Positions 41,016 to 51,387 of a stretch of 64,000 nt of DNA are shown here, one piece after another (the first letter of the stretch is position 1; each line of letters begins with the position of its first letter). Source of the stretch: Actinomycetota bacterium (GTDB taxonomy: Bacteria; Actinomycetota; Geothermincolia; Geothermincolales; RBG-13-55-18). The position numbers were made by a program, and so were the translations under genes. The notes under the pieces were generated by a model. The model searched no databases. It was not told the origin of the DNA and worked only from the letters and a program-made list of their open reading frames with translations. The stretch spans positions 11,343-75,342 of the forward strand of contig JAXHVT010000027.1 in the NCBI GenBank assembly GCA_034188985.1, given 5' to 3'.

Positions 41016-42083
41016 CTATTTAACGGTCACATTGAAATCGGCTTCCTGCACCGGCTTCTCGTCCCCGGCTTCGTACAGCCCCAGCTTGATGGTCTCCTGT
41101 CCCGGGCCAAGGGCCATGAAGGTGAACTGGGTGACTCCCGCGCTGCCCGGATCCGTGCCGGACTGGAAGAACTGCGAGCCCATGAACTTGAACGTGCTGG
41201 TGTTTATCTCCTCGGCCAGCTGCCACTGGTAGTTGGTCCCCGAATTGTTGGTAACCTCGAGGATGAAGACCTCGCCAGTGCTCACGTTCACCGGCTTATT
41301 GGGATCGTTGTAGACCTTGGGAGGGGTGGGAGCCGGCGTGGGAGCCGGCGTCACGGTCACACTGACCGTGTCCTTCTTCTCCACCGGTGCGCCGGTCCCC
41401 GGTCCCTTGTACTCGAGGACGAAGGAGGTGTTGCCCGCCCCGACGCCCTCGAACTTCCAGACCTGCTTCTCCGCGGCTCCCGCGGCGCCGCTGCCCGAGA
41501 CGTCGCTGCTGACCAGCTTGAGTATCTTGGCATCGGGCTGCTTGGTCATGCTCCAGGCGTAACCGGCCGAGGTATTGGTGTCCACGGTGATGCTGAGCGT
41601 CTGGCCCGCCTGGATGCTGAAGGACTCGTTTATCTCGTTGTCGGCCTGGGAGACGTTAAAGGTCAGGGTGTAGCGCGTGGCCGGGGGGGTGTCCTCATCC
41701 CAGGCCTGGCTGTACTCCAGAACCATGGTGGTGGTACCCGCGCCGACGGCCTGGAACTGCCAGACCTCCTCCCCCGGTGCGCCCACCATGTTCTGATCCG
41801 TGGGCTCGACGTAATAGGAGTTCACCAGCCTCACGATATTCTCGTCCGGGGCCTGCGTGGTCTGCCAGGTGTAGCCGGTGGAGGAATTGGACTCCGCGGT
41901 GAAGTCTACGTGTTGTGCCGTCTCCATGTTGAAGGTTTCCTTTTTCTCCTCCGTCACAACCTTCTGGCCGTCGTCCTCCCCATCCTCGGCCTGGCACCCG
42001 CAGCCCCCCATCACCAGGGACAGGCATACGGCCGCTACGGCCAGGGCCACCAGCAGGATTAGATATAGCTTGTGTCTCTTCAT
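41016..42083 (-). CDS. Lipoprotein with three chagasin (I42) cysteine-protease inhibitor domains
   Basis: 3x N.(S/T).GY.W-like motif with GA.G..W.F..G.G..L.Y. Confidence 0.85.
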   Translation of the reverse strand: MKRHKLYLILLVALAVAAVCLSLVMGGCGCQAEDGEDDGQKVVTEEKKETFNMETAQHVDFTAESNSSTGYTWQTTQAPDENIVRLVNSYYVEPTDQNMVGAPGEEVWQFQAVGAGTTTMVLEYSQAWDEDTPPATRYTLTFNVSQADNEINESFSIQAGQTLSITVDTNTSAGYAWSMTKQPDAKILKLVSSDVSGSGAAGAAEKQVWKFEGVGAGNTSFVLEYKGPGTGAPVEKKDTVSVTVTPAPTPAPTPPKVYNDPNKPVNVSTGEVFILEVTNNSGTNYQWQLAEEINTSTFKFMGSQFFQSGTDPGSAGVTQFTFMALGPGQETIKLGLYEAGDEKPVQEADFNVTVK

Positions 42084-42517
42084 GATGATCTCCTCTCCTC
42101 CACGGGGACCGCTCTTCGTATCGCCGTTTTCGCAGTCACCGCTCCCCTGGCAATATCGCCTCTTGCACCGACGTTATTATCGTTTTTTAGCAGAATAGAC
42201 AATATAGCCCATTTGGGTGATTTTTAAGGGAGCTGGGATAGCATTTTCCCGTTGCACAGGGCGCGTTCACAGGTATTTTACAGGGCATTGCAGTTCTAGC
42301 CAATCGGGATCAATGGGTGATTTACAGGGATGATACTCGACGGGTATTTGAGGGATTTACAGGTCGATCACGTGGGTTTGTGGGGACTTGCGATATTTTA
42401 TCACCCCGTGAAGGATGGATGCCTCTTTCTTGCCGGAGCGGACCCGGCCGACCCGATGATAGATCGGCAGCATCACCCGCCCGCCCCTTGAGCTTGCGCC
42501 TCGGTCGGGTCCGTATC

Positions 42518-43157
42518 TCATGTCCTCGATGGCCTGCAGGAACGTTTTAGGCTCATGGATATGTGAATCTGGCTGACGGTCATGGCGATAGCCTGGTTGA
42601 TCAGCGCCATCACCCAATCGCCCCACACCAGCCAGATGAGGAGGTCGATGACGGTGATCACCGTCAGACCGGGTGCGCGATTCGGCCATGCGAGGTGCTC
42701 CTTCTCCGCCGTCACCTGATGCTCCAACAGCTGCTCGGCCAGGTGCAGCCGCTCGTCCTCACTATCCCACCTTCCCGCATCCTCCAGCTCCCCGAGCCGT
42801 ATCGCCAGGGGTAAGCGAAAGAGATTTAAGAACCTGCCAAAGGTGAGCTCGGTGCCCTTCAACCCACTCAACACCGATATCCACATCCCCAGGAACCCCA
42901 ACGAAACGAGGATGAGGATCCCCAGATATGCCCCCCCTGTCCTTCGAGTCCTTCGCCGTCAGCACCAGGATGAGGAATGCGGTTATAAGCACGCCGTAGA
43001 AGATCGCGGTCCTGAGGAAGTATTTCCTGATCCTATCGAAGTACTTCCGCAAAGCTGCCAGTATGGCAGTGAGCCTGCCGTCTTCTCCCGGAAATTCACC
43101 CTTCGCATTCATCTCATTCTCCCAACCGGCGATCCTCGAACCCCGCCGCGACTTCAA
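42518..43157 (-). pseudogene. Probable frameshifted membrane protein
   Basis: Two overlapping ORFs with hydrophobic segments that join near 42900-42940. Confidence 0.5.
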
Positions 43158-43293
43158 TCAGGGTCGCTCCTTTTGGTATAGCCTGCCCATGGAATGATTT
43201 GCTTGTCGGCCACAGTTCTATCTACCCCGGATGTGAAGGGATCAAACAAGGGTACGTCCCATTTTTCCCGCCCATTTCGAAGTCGGCCCGGGC

Positions 43294-44214
43294 TCAAGCG
43301 TCCCTGGCATTCAGGTTTTCCAGGGCTTTTTCGGCATCCGCGCGGAGTTCGTCGTCACTGGATACCGAGGCCAACGGCTCCGCCGCCCTGACATCGCCGA
43401 TCCTCCCCAGGGCGTTTATCGCGGCCCTGCAGACGCCCTTGCTGCGGGCGCAGCTCTCGAGGACGGAGGTCAGAGGCTCCACTCCCTCGGCGGTGCCGAT
43501 GCTTCCCAGGGCCTCCGCCGCCTTCATGCGCAGCCAGTTATCCTCCTCCTCCAGCGCCGAAACGATCGGCTCCACCGCCCGGGAGTCGCCGATCGTCCCC
43601 AGGGATTCCGCCGCGACGCAGCGCAGCAGCTTGTCATCCCCGCGCAGCAGCTCGATCAACGGCTCCACGGCGCATTCGCCCATCCCCACCAAGGCATCGA
43701 CCGCCTTGTCGTTGACATAGTAGCAATCGTTGTCGTGATCGAAGAGCACCAGCCATGATATCCAGTAGAAAGCGCCCGCCTCGGTGTAGTCCGGGTCCCA
43801 TCCTATCTTGCCCAGGGCTTCCGCAGCCGCTCTTCGCACATCCCAGTCATCATCCCTCAGGGTATGTAGCAGCGGCTTCAACGCCCGGGGATCGCCGATC
43901 ATACCCAGGGCCAGCGATGCATTGAGGCGCATGCTTTTTCTGTCGTCCTCCATCAGGATAATCAAGGGCTCCACCGCCCGGGGATCGCCGATCATACCCA
44001 GGGCCAGGGACACTCTCTCACACAGGCCCTTGTCCCTGCCACAGTTATCGAGGGCGGCTATTAGGGGCTCCACCGCGCCGATGTCGCCGACCTCCCCCAA
44101 CGCCTCGGCGGCGGCGCTGCGTACGGACCAGCTCCTGCTTCCAAGCGCCCTTATCAAGCGGTGAGTCTTTTTCTTCTTCCTGAGCCTCGCCACGTCCGGC
44201 CTGATAACACCCAT
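43294..44214 (-). CDS. HEAT/PBS-lyase repeat protein
   Basis: Repeated R..AAEALG.IGD.RAVEPL. Confidence 0.9.
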   Translation of the reverse strand: MGVIRPDVARLRKKKKTHRLIRALGSRSWSVRSAAAEALGEVGDIGAVEPLIAALDNCGRDKGLCERVSLALGMIGDPRAVEPLIILMEDDRKSMRLNASLALGMIGDPRALKPLLHTLRDDDWDVRRAAAEALGKIGWDPDYTEAGAFYWISWLVLFDHDNDCYYVNDKAVDALVGMGECAVEPLIELLRGDDKLLRCVAAESLGTIGDSRAVEPIVSALEEEDNWLRMKAAEALGSIGTAEGVEPLTSVLESCARSKGVCRAAINALGRIGDVRAAEPLASVSSDDELRADAEKALENLNARDA

Positions 44215-44584
44215 CTCCAGCTCACCACCAATCCCATAACCGGTTCGGCTTTTTCAATGAGCTTCCAAGTCCCTGAATGCCGTAAGCTCGCATTACAGCT
44301 GTTTAATTGAATTCCCTTACATTTGTATGTTAACTCCAGCTGAGTTTTGGGCATATGATATATATCATCAGCACCCCCACCCCCAGGCATTCTAAAAGAC
44401 CTTTCCCCGATTCCAGGGGCATACAGGCGGATTTGCCTCGTTTATGCTTTGTTTATATAAATATGCGTGAGGAGGGGTTAGCAGGGGATAATCCGGCCCA
44501 AACGCACTTATCCTCGCGGCAAGGCTCCATGCATATCTCCTAAAGCGAATGGCCGGCAAGCTCAAGCGTAAGGGTGAAAGAGAG

Positions 44585-46492
44585 ATGCTGCGTTCACCTC
44601 TATCCAAATTCCTGGTCTGCCTGCTGGTCGCCTTGCTCATCGTGCTAGTCGCGGGTATAGCCCTGGCGCCCGCCGCCGAAGTGCCTGGAGACCAGACTGA
44701 AGCAGGCTTCAACGAGGTCGACATAGTCGAACAGGATGGGTCCGAAGCAGCCGCGACCGGGAACGTGGAAGCCTACGAGATGCTCTAGGTAGAGAAGGAT
44801 TGAACGATGTGGGACGGCATCTCGTTACCAGTCTCCGTCTTCTACCCGGTCACCAAGGACCCGGCCGAGGAGTTCCCGATCATCATATGCGTTCACGGCT
44901 GGACCTTGGGCAAGTCCATAATGGAGTGGGCGGCCGAGTACTACGCCAGCCGCGGTTACATAGGGCCGGCCTTCACCGCCCGGGTCTGGTTCGACGCGGG
45001 GGGCGCGGTGGGGTGCATGGGTCCCGTTTACGAGATGAAGGACGTCAGCCACATCATCACTCTCCTGGCCCAGGACGAACGTCCCGGTACTGGAGGACGC
45101 CGAGGATCCGGTCGTGGGCATGACCGGGGCGTCCATGGGAGGCTGTTTCTCCTACCTCATGGCCTCCAGGGAAGGCGATCCCGGAGATCCCCACTAAGAG
45201 CCGTGGTTCCCATGCACGGATCCTTCGACCTTCTCTAGTCCCTTTACCGGAACGACGTTATCAAATTCCTATGAGCCACCCTGCTTCTGGCAACTACCCA
45301 AACGGGCAACTTCACGGGATTCATGATAAAACTGCTGTCGGTGCTCATAGACGAGAGGTCGACCGGTTTGGACAAGTTGTACGAGATCATCGACGTCATG
45401 TGGGAACTGCCCCCCATCACCGACGTCACCCCGGAGCTGCCCTTTATCTATGGAGCCGTCGTCCAGAGAAGAATCGAGTGCGAGGACGAGGCGAAATACA
45501 TGCTGAAGCAGCGGTGGGCAAGATACTGGTGCGACGAGGATTATGAAGAGATGGTGGAGCATCCCATAGAGGCTCCCATCCTCATTCTTGCCGGCTTGAA
45601 CGACGATATCTTCTATGCCAACGAGGGCCTCATGGCATTCAACAGCACCGACGCGCCGAAACGCACCATCATAACCAATCGCGGGCACGTCGGCTGCTAC
45701 CCCGGGCCCTATCCCATGGAGATGCCTGAGAACCCGGAAAGCGAATGGATAATGGGCGAGATAGACAGGTGGTTCGACCGCTGGCTCAAGGGGATCCAGA
45801 ACGGAGTGGAGGACGAGCCGAGCGTGGCCTTCTACCGCGACTCGGATCCGGACGTCTACGGCATGGCCGACGAATACCCTCTTCCCGGGACCTACCGGGT
45901 ATATCTGTACCTCGGCGACGGCGCGGCCAACCTGAACACGGAGGCGCCACAGGGGTGGTTCTCCTGGCCTGACGTGATCTTCAATACGGGTATCACCGGT
46001 TCTGTATCCGTACCTTATTTCAACGATGCCACCACCCTTATGGATGGCAAGCCCCTGGACCTGCCTTCCAGTATAAAACTGCTGGAGATACCCTTCACGG
46101 AATGCGAGTTCGCTACCGCGCCGCTGGAGGAGGACCTGACTATCATGGGGCCTCCGATGCTGGAGCTCTACTACCAGTCGCAGCAGCGCTTCGTCCAGCT
46201 CGTACCCTTCATCTACGAGGTGACCCCGGAGGGCGATGAGATACTGGTGAGCCGGGGCTGGTACGAGGGGCAGAAGCTTGAGCCCTGGTCCCTGGTCGAC
46301 ACCGCCGACGCGCCGGTGGAGATGCAGGCGGTCTACCACCATTTCCAGGAGGGCAGTCGCATCAAGCTGGAGATAACCACCGCCGACCTGCCCATGACCT
46401 GGCCTTACAGGGGGTTCGATCTCATACTGCTGCATCACAGCAAGGACGCCCCCTCCCGGCTCATGCTGCCGGTGGTGCCGGACGAGAATTAA
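44585..46492 (+). pseudogene. Disrupted secreted CocE/NonD (S15) hydrolase
   Basis: In-frame TAG 44786, TAG 45236, TGA 45272 and frameshifts near 45085-45190; GASMGG elbow is out of frame; C-terminal part is intact. Confidence 0.85.
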
Positions 46493-46544
46493 GGTACCCC
46501 AACGATAGCCGCCATGGGCTGACCTTGTTGCCTGCTCCAACGTC

Positions 46545-46617
46545 ATCGCGAGGAGGCGCACCCGCCGACGAAGTGATCCCTTAGCGCCCGCCCCGCCATG
46601 AACGCAGGCGGGGATGA
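46545..46617 (+). repeat. Second repeat family copy
   Basis: atcgcgaggaggcgcacccgccgacgaagtgatccc...catg..cgc.ggcggg.atga. Confidence 0.8.
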
Positions 46618-46755
46618 TACACAAACCCCCAGCAACATTGGATAGGGGGATGATCCCATCCGACGTTTTTCGGTATGATGGTGACGGCTTCGCTTGTTAT
46701 CCTAAGCTTGCCCGTTGGAGCGCGATACTTACGCATACTGAATGGAGGGTTGAGA

Positions 46756-49700
46756 ATGACCGGGAAGGCGAAGGTAATCCTTATCTCACTCATAACCGCG
46801 GTGATGGCGCTGGCTATGTCCGGCCTGGTTGGCGCCAATGGGGGCGACGACCCCCCATGCCCCGACTTCTTCTACCAGGACCCGCTGCCCATAAGCGACT
46901 GGCCGGTAATGGCGGCGACCGGCCCCGACACGGCCTGGGCTGTTGCCCTGGACGGCCTGATCGTCAAGACCAACGACGGAGGTGTGAACTGGGAGTATCA
47001 GTGGTCCGAGCTGCAGCGCCAGCCGGATACGCCACCACTCCGCGGCATATCGGTCGTGGATGCCAACGTGGTCTGGATATGCGGCGACGGCGGCGCCGTC
47101 CTGGTCACCTCGGACGGGGGTGAGAGCTGGACGCTTAAGAACATATCCGTGGGCTCGCAGGATTTCCGCCTGCTCGGAATATCCGCCTTGAACGACAAGG
47201 TGGCCTGGGTGGTGGGCCAGGGCGGCAGCGTTTACAGTACCGCCGACGGTGGCGATTCCTGGAACCCCTGTCCCGTTCCCGGAGCCCAGGACCTCATGGG
47301 CGTCTCGGCCCTGAGCGATACCAGCGCCTGGGTATCGGGGAGCCTGAACGTGATCGCGATGACCACGGACGGAGGCAGCAACTGGAACCGGGTGGATCCC
47401 GCAGTGTGCCGCACCTCCGATATAGAGCGCGTCAAGGCCTTCGACAACAACAAGGTGTACGCCATAGGGAACTCGGGCTGTTTCTTCAGCACCGCCGACG
47501 GCGGGGGTTCGTGGAATTTTACAGACCTGGGCTCCAGCACCTATCTCTTCGGTATGTCCTTCACCGACGGCCAGAACGGGTGGCTCTCGGGCACCGACGA
47601 CTACGGAGCGGGCTACATGGCGATCACCGGCGACGGCGGGGGCAACTGGACGCGGGTCGACACCCCGCAGCTCGACGGGGAGAGGAATGTCACCTCCATC
47701 GCCGCCCCGGGCGCGAGCACCGTATGGGCATGCAGCGTGGATGGTGCCCTGCTCAGAAGCACGGACGGCGGCGGCGGCTGGACCCGCTCCGACACGGTGT
47801 GGACCAGGGCGTCCTTGGATGGAGTATGCGCCGTCGACGCCAGGTCGGCATGGGTCGTCGGGGAGGGCGGCACCATCCTCAGGACCTTTAACGGCGGCAG
47901 GACCTGGGTTACCCAGCCGACGCCGATATCCATCGGGTTGGAAAAAGTGAACGCCGTGGATTCCTCCACCGCCTGGGCGGTCGGCGAACAAGGCGCCATA
48001 GTTAAGACAAAGGATTATGGTAAGAACTGGGTAGCACAGGAATCGGGCACCGACGCCGATCTCAACCGCGTGGCCTCGGTCAGTGCTGGCGAGGCCTGGG
48101 CCTCCGGCTACAACCAGGCCGGAGGGATAGTCCTTCATACCACCGACGGGGGTGAGAGCTGGACGCCGGCCCAGGAACTGGCGGGGGCACCCGTTTCCGC
48201 CGTGGCCGTGCTGGGAAACGAGCGTGTCTGGTTCGGCGCCATAGAAAGCGAGACCGGCTTCGTATACCGCTCCACTGACGGCGGCGCCTCCTGGAGCAAG
48301 AGCACCCTCCCCCCTCCCGTCTCCGGCCAGAAGGTGGTGGGGATAGCCGACATCCACCCCGTCGACGAAGGGGAGTGCCTGTTGCTGGCCGAGATGCTGT
48401 TCGCCTTTGACACCTTCATGTACATGTACCGGAGCACAGACGGCGGGGAGAACTGGAACGTCGTGGGTGATTATATAGTGGCCGAGGACGACCTGTTCCG
48501 CCTGGCCACCGTCGACGGCCGGGATATCTGGACCTGCGGCGCGGAGCTCGACCCGTACACCGAACCGACCACCGTCTTCCACACCGTCAACGGCGGGGCG
48601 GACTGGGAGCGCGGCAAGGACTTCCACCGCTGTGTCCTCTTCGACATCGACACGGTCGACGGCAAGGCGACGTGGACGGTGGGGTACATAAGCACCATCC
48701 TGCGCAGCACCTGCCCCTCCCTGTTCTCCATATCCCCCGACGCGGCGCCCGATACGGGTGCCGTTAAGATAACCGACATCGCCGGGAGCATGTTCTGGGA
48801 GGGAATGGAGGTCCGGCTGGAGAAGGACGTAACCACGATTAACGCGACGGGCGTGGAGGTGGTATCCACGTACGAGGCGACCTGTTCGTTCGATCTGACC
48901 GGCGCTGAACTGGGAACCTACGACGTGGTGGCCCGCAACCCCAACGGGGTGGAGAGCACACTTCCGGACGGCTTCACGGTGACCTCGCCGACCACCTGGT
49001 ACCTCCCGGAGGGCTCGACCGGCGGCGACGAAGCGGGCACCTTCGAGACCTGGGTGCTGGTGGAGAACCCCAACCAGGGCGCGGCCACGGTGGATATCAC
49101 CTACATGACGCCGGGCGGCGAGGTGCCCGGACCGCGGCTGACCATGGGCGGGGAGAGCAGGTTGACGGTCAACGTCGCCGAGGACGTACCCGACGAATGG
49201 AACGTCTCCACCAGGGTCGAGGCGGACACACCGGTGGTGGCCGAGAGGGCCATGTACTGGAACGCCAGCGATAATTACCGCCAGTGCGCGCACGGCTCTA
49301 TCGGGCTGGGGCACCTCTCCCGCGACTGGTACCTGGCCGAGGGCTCGACGGGCGATGGCGAAGATGGCTCCTTCGAGACCTGGGTGCTGGTACAGAACCC
49401 GGGCGGCGACCAGGCCGAGGTGGACATAACCTACATGACCCCGGATGGCGCGGTCGAGGGACCGCATCTGTCGCTGTTACCGGGCTCCAGGCAGACGGTG
49501 AACGTCGCGGACAGCGTTCCCGACCAGTGGAGCGTTTCCACCATGATAGACAGCAGCGTGCCGGTGGCCGCCGAGAGGTCCACCTACTGGAACGGAAACT
49601 CGTACCGCCAGGCCGCCAACGCTTCCATCGGAGCGTCGAGCCCCTCCCGGGAGTGGTATTTCGCCGAGGGCTCCACGGGGTCCAACAACGCGGGGACCCT

Positions 49701-50298
49701 GGAGACCTGGGTGCTCCTCGCCAATCCGAGTGAGCACACCGTCAAGGCAAAGGTAAACTACCATGTACCGGATGGCCAGGTGAAGGGGCCGGAGGTCACC
49801 ATCGAGCCCTTCTCCAGGCAGACGGTTAACGTGGCGGAAACCGTGCCGGACGATTTTCACGTCTCCACGGAAGTGGTGGCGGACGGGCCGGTGGTGGCCG
49901 AGAGGGCCATGTACTGGAATACCTCCACCTACCACCAGGCCGCCCACGGCTCCATAGGGTCCATGTCCCCGCGTACCGAGTGGATGCTGGCCGAGGGCTC
50001 GACCGGATCCGACGCACTGGGCGGGTTCGACACCTGGATACTCATCCAGAACCCGAGCGAGAAGATCGCCAGCCTGCAGCTTACCTACATGACGCCGCAA
50101 GGTCCGGTCGACGGACCCGACTTCAAGCTGTCGCCTGACAGCCGCCTCAGCGTTCCTGTGGCGGAGACCGTCCCCGGGAACTGGAGCGTATCCACAAGGG
50201 TGATCTCCGACCAGCCGGTGGTGGCGGAGAGAGCGGTCTACTGGAGCGCGGTAACGCAGCCCTGGCGCTCGGCCCAGTCGTCCCGAGGTTGCCCTTAG
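46756..50298 (+). CDS. Secreted YCF48/BNR beta-propeller protein with IPT/TIG-like domain and four DUF5719-like repeats
   Basis: Many T.DGG..W Asp-boxes; SISP..G..V..V.NP; 4x W...EGSTG..(E/D)TW.L..NP. Confidence 0.88.
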   Translation: MTGKAKVILISLITAVMALAMSGLVGANGGDDPPCPDFFYQDPLPISDWPVMAATGPDTAWAVALDGLIVKTNDGGVNWEYQWSELQRQPDTPPLRGISVVDANVVWICGDGGAVLVTSDGGESWTLKNISVGSQDFRLLGISALNDKVAWVVGQGGSVYSTADGGDSWNPCPVPGAQDLMGVSALSDTSAWVSGSLNVIAMTTDGGSNWNRVDPAVCRTSDIERVKAFDNNKVYAIGNSGCFFSTADGGGSWNFTDLGSSTYLFGMSFTDGQNGWLSGTDDYGAGYMAITGDGGGNWTRVDTPQLDGERNVTSIAAPGASTVWACSVDGALLRSTDGGGGWTRSDTVWTRASLDGVCAVDARSAWVVGEGGTILRTFNGGRTWVTQPTPISIGLEKVNAVDSSTAWAVGEQGAIVKTKDYGKNWVAQESGTDADLNRVASVSAGEAWASGYNQAGGIVLHTTDGGESWTPAQELAGAPVSAVAVLGNERVWFGAIESETGFVYRSTDGGASWSKSTLPPPVSGQKVVGIADIHPVDEGECLLLAEMLFAFDTFMYMYRSTDGGENWNVVGDYIVAEDDLFRLATVDGRDIWTCGAELDPYTEPTTVFHTVNGGADWERGKDFHRCVLFDIDTVDGKATWTVGYISTILRSTCPSLFSISPDAAPDTGAVKITDIAGSMFWEGMEVRLEKDVTTINATGVEVVSTYEATCSFDLTGAELGTYDVVARNPNGVESTLPDGFTVTSPTTWYLPEGSTGGDEAGTFETWVLVENPNQGAATVDITYMTPGGEVPGPRLTMGGESRLTVNVAEDVPDEWNVSTRVEADTPVVAERAMYWNASDNYRQCAHGSIGLGHLSRDWYLAEGSTGDGEDGSFETWVLVQNPGGDQAEVDITYMTPDGAVEGPHLSLLPGSRQTVNVADSVPDQWSVSTMIDSSVPVAAERSTYWNGNSYRQAANASIGASSPSREWYFAEGSTGSNNAGTLETWVLLANPSEHTVKAKVNYHVPDGQVKGPEVTIEPFSRQTVNVAETVPDDFHVSTEVVADGPVVAERAMYWNTSTYHQAAHGSIGSMSPRTEWMLAEGSTGSDALGGFDTWILIQNPSEKIASLQLTYMTPQGPVDGPDFKLSPDSRLSVPVAETVPGNWSVSTRVISDQPVVAERAVYWSAVTQPWRSAQSSRGCP

Positions 50299-50321
50299 GG
50301 GATCCTTTCACTGGCAACGCA

Positions 50322-50394
50322 ATCGCGAGGAGGCGTACCCGCCGACGAAGCAATCCCGACCCGCCCGGTTCGGCATGGGCGCGGGCGGGTATGA
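50322..50394 (+). repeat. Second repeat family copy
   Basis: atcgcgaggaggcgtacccgccgacgaagcaatccc...catg..cgc.ggcggg.atga. Confidence 0.8.
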
Positions 50395-50432
50395 AACGCC
50401 CCGGGCACTTTTTGAGGCCTGACCCAGGTGCC

Positions 50433-51179
50433 TCAACGGTGCCCGGGTTCTTCCACCAGCATGTTCCAGAACTTCGCGGGCATGAGGCTCTTCTGCAGCC
50501 GGGGGTTCGTCCTGCCCTCCACGGCGATGGTCTTGAAGTAATCCTTCCACATCCCCTGGTAGGCATGTTCGGAAGGCGAGAGGTTGGGCGCGAAAGCGGG
50601 AAGCCCGCACAGGGAAAGCCTGCGCTCGATGAACAGGGCTGCCTGTTCCCTGCCCAGGTCGTGGATTATCCAATCCTGGCCCCCCATCCTCCTGGTGAAA
50701 TAGGGCGCCACCAGGCACAGGACGTCGCATGCTGTTTCCATGGGCGCGTAGTACACTCCCCCCTCCAGCTCCCGGAACCTGAGAAAGCCGCACATGCGGT
50801 GGGCCTCCCTGCCCGTGGCCCGGCTCAAGCGCATGACCGTGCTAACATGCTCGTCGCCCGCCAGGGCCTCGACGCCTTTGCCCATCTCCCACCCCAGGCT
50901 TACGCAGCGATAGATGCCGTACTCCCTGCCCTCCTCGTCCGAGAGGAAAGCGTGGAAGAGGCGGCGCAAGGCCCGGTCCCCCATCCTCCGGCATATCCCG
51001 GAGGACATGTCCTCCACCCGCTCCGCATCCGCATCCACGTAGACGTCGCTGCCGAAGAGGCTCTCTTGCCGCTCCTTCCCGTCCACGACGATATTCTCCG
51101 GCTCCGTTTCCTCCTCTATCAGGATATGCAGAACGGTGAGCAGTCCCGGGAAGCTCCCGTCATACAGGTAACGTCGCAA
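50433..51179 (-). CDS. DUF4130 / TIGR03915-type putative DNA metabolism protein
   Basis: YDGSF.GLLT, REAHRM.GFLRF, W.IHD..R, W..YF..I....R.N..LQ..MP.K.W. Confidence 0.88.
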   Translation of the reverse strand: MRRYLYDGSFPGLLTVLHILIEEETEPENIVVDGKERQESLFGSDVYVDADAERVEDMSSGICRRMGDRALRRLFHAFLSDEEGREYGIYRCVSLGWEMGKGVEALAGDEHVSTVMRLSRATGREAHRMCGFLRFRELEGGVYYAPMETACDVLCLVAPYFTRRMGGQDWIIHDLGREQAALFIERRLSLCGLPAFAPNLSPSEHAYQGMWKDYFKTIAVEGRTNPRLQKSLMPAKFWNMLVEEPGHR

Positions 51180-51387
51180 TATACCAATCCCTCCTCCTCG
51201 GCGAGGCGGGCTCTAGCACCTCGAGCCGGCCAACATATGATGGTTGGCTATTCCAGATTTCACAGGCTGACCGAGAAGAGATTCTTACGCTGGAATGTGG
51301 AATAACCCGCCATCGTTTGTCAGCAAAACATATACCCACCATCATCCGATTCCGCATTCTCGGTCATCCTGCCGGGATCCGGCCGCC

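Noticed and set aside
43882-44007. 33-bp direct repeat
   Set aside because: Explained by duplicated 31-aa HEAT units within the gene.
46786-49467. 893-aa minus-strand ORF (likewise 28864..30369, 37362..38855, 9457..10581, 45269..46624)
   Set aside because: Antisense shadows of well-supported genes in GC-rich DNA, with no recognisable motifs.
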